Shown: piece after piece, positions 62,285 through 64,000 of the stretch
Position numbering within the stretch: position 1 is the first letter of the stretch
Layout of the letters: every line of letters begins with the position of its first letter
Assembly: GCF_032062105.1 (NCBI RefSeq)
Contig: NW_026930547.1
Location: 1-64,000 of the forward strand
Reading direction: 5' to 3'
Length of the DNA stretch: 64,000 nt
Source: Saccostrea cucullata
Lineage: Eukaryota
The notes under the pieces: generated by a model
Seen by the model: the letters and a program-made list of their open reading frames with translations, nothing else
What the model was told of the DNA's origin: nothing
The model's database searches: none
Program-made: the position numbers and the translations under genes

Positions 62285-63484
62285 ATTGTTCGTATAATTA
62301 TACTTAAGTTTTTAAATAAATATTGATCGATTGATAATTAGTTATCGTTTAAGGCTGACTTGGTAATATATTCCACCCGTATAAATAAATTATATTATGC
62401 CGGGTTTTCTTTCAAATGAATTTTAGCAAGTTTAAAAGGTAAAACTGATGAAAGTAAGATTTATCTTATAGAGAGAGAAAGAAGGGGGGGTGATCTCGAG
62501 TAAAATTATAACAGGTTATTTATAATGCCGTTTTGGAAAATAAATATGAGCATACAAATACAAACAAATGTTTTACGACGGAAACTTTTTATAAATTATG
62601 TTTTAATTTTTTCGATGATTTTTTTTTTCATTTCATTCATACACTGTACGTGTTAGATTATTATTAATTATCCCGGGGGCCCTCATCGTCGCAAACCACG
62701 GCCAAAATGTACGCTCCTCTCCCATCTGGTAGGAGAGAGCTTTATATGCGGACTCCGGACCGTGGCTTGAGAAAATGGGGGGCCCTGGATATTACAAAAA
62801 ATCCAGAACTAATTAATTGATTAATAACTTCACATTTATTCGTTATTTTTCGATTCTTTCTTTTGCAGTTTACAGCTGAATATGTACAGGACTTTGAGTG
62901 AAACGCGGTTGAAGTGTCAAACTTATACATGTGTATATATTTTAAAACATAGCCCTGTGTGATAAAATTGGATAAGTAACAGACGGTCGTCTAGGTTTTC
63001 TCGACTGACATATTTTTTTTTTTGTTTCAAATCTTAAAGCAGACATGAACTCTTAAAAAGGCACCATTTTTCATCTTTGTACGACTTACTACATTCCCTT
63101 ACGCCAACTTTCCGGGCCTTTCCGACTAGCGGAAAAACGACCTCGAATGTATACATTGGTAGACGCCATGACAACCCTCCCTTTTCACGAGCTTTGAAAT
63201 AAAATCATGGGGACCTTTTATCTGTGGAATATTGAGTTTAACTTTATTCAATGTAATGATACTATAGAAGGGACTTCTAACTCCGTCTATCCTATATTTG
63301 AATAAACAGGCAAAATTGTTCGTATAATTATACTTAAGTTTTTAAATAAATATTGATCGATTGATAATTAGTTATCGTTTAAGGCTGACTTGGTAATATA
63401 TTCCACCCGTATAAATAAATTATATTATATTATGCCGGGTTTTCTTTCAAATGAATTTTAGCAAGTTTAAAAGGTAAAACTGAT
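62285..63484. repeat. Pair of near-identical ~165-bp direct repeats (62285-62449 and 63315-63484)
   Basis: ATTGTTCGTATAATTATACTTAAG...GGTAAAACTGAT occurs twice; the only difference I see is a 5-nt TATAT-type insertion in copy 2. Confidence 0.9.
62684..62777. mobile_element. 94-bp miniature inverted-repeat element with 9-bp TSD (copy 2)
   Basis: TSD GGGGGCCCT at 62675-62683 and 62778-62786; reverse-complement homolog of 19389-19483. Confidence 0.85.
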
Positions 63485-63649
63485 AACGAGATGATTAACT
63501 CGTAATTACGAGGTCTTTTCTAGTATGTCGGAGCATATAGGAAGGGGTTTCACCGTTTCGACATCCTCACCTGAAAAAAAAAATCCTTGATCTGTCCCAA
63601 GATCTAATAAATGGTACAGACCCTGAGACGTGCTACTACCCCAAAAAAG

Positions 63650-63880
63650 CGTGCGACTTTCGTGTGACTTTCGTGCAAACCGTGTAGCGTTTCGTGTAAA
63701 CCGTGCAGCGTTTCGTGCAAACCGTCTAGCGTTTCGTGTAAACCGTGCAGCGTTTCGTGTAAGTTGCAAAGCGTTTCGTGCAAACCGTGTAGCGAGCGTG
63801 CGAGAAGAGTGTGAGAAACGTGCGACTTTCGTGTAAGAACCGTGTGAGAAACGTGTGACTTTCGTGCAAGAATCGTGTAA
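63650..63880. repeat. 21-bp CpG-rich minisatellite (TTCGTG(C/T)AAACCGTG(T/C)AGCGT)
   Basis: Clear 21-nt period from 63670 to ~63795 with alternating variants; degenerate flanks. Confidence 0.85.
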
Positions 63881-64000
63881 GATTCATTCGGAAGTCATTT
63901 CATTTTAAATATGGCTATCGATGGGTCAGGATGTCAAATTAGTATATAATTATTGAATTAGTTATGCTTGTGATATTTTAGGAATAAAAACAAAAAAATG

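Noticed and set aside
62285-63484. LTR retrotransposon
   Set aside because: No TG...CA ends, primer-binding site, polypurine tract, TSD or gag/pol remnants.

Overview
AT-rich, intron-rich eukaryotic genomic DNA with two N-gaps; the repeat families suggest a bivalve, probably an oyster (inference). I reconstructed seven spliced genes by hand from splice sites and reading-frame continuity. (1) A 16-exon Sec23/24-type Zn-finger + vWA gene (CPRAS1-like, no Ras domain; minus strand; one GC-AG intron). (2,3) A tandem pair of 8-exon genes encoding a disordered N-terminus, a Cbl-TKB/STAT-linker-like EF-hand region, an SH2 domain and a conserved terminal Tyr motif, with no kinase, RING or DNA-binding domain. 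(4) A secreted Ly6/uPAR (three-finger) + Thr/His-rich stalk + C-type-lectin fusion gene, head-to-head with (5) a RING-less B-box/coiled-coil TRIM-like gene. (6,7) Two tandem BDH1/SDR9C-like dehydrogenase copies, both disrupted at the same point in exon 5. The rest holds a 34-bp satellite, HINE/Helentron-type elements, decayed Penelope-like RT remnants, a tRNA-derived SINE, several MITEs (including tiny elements with 9-bp TSDs), palindromes and local duplications. The most promising undescribed biology is the EF-SH2-Tyr-tail pair and the three-finger/lectin fusion. Family assignments rest on motif recognition only; no database search was run.
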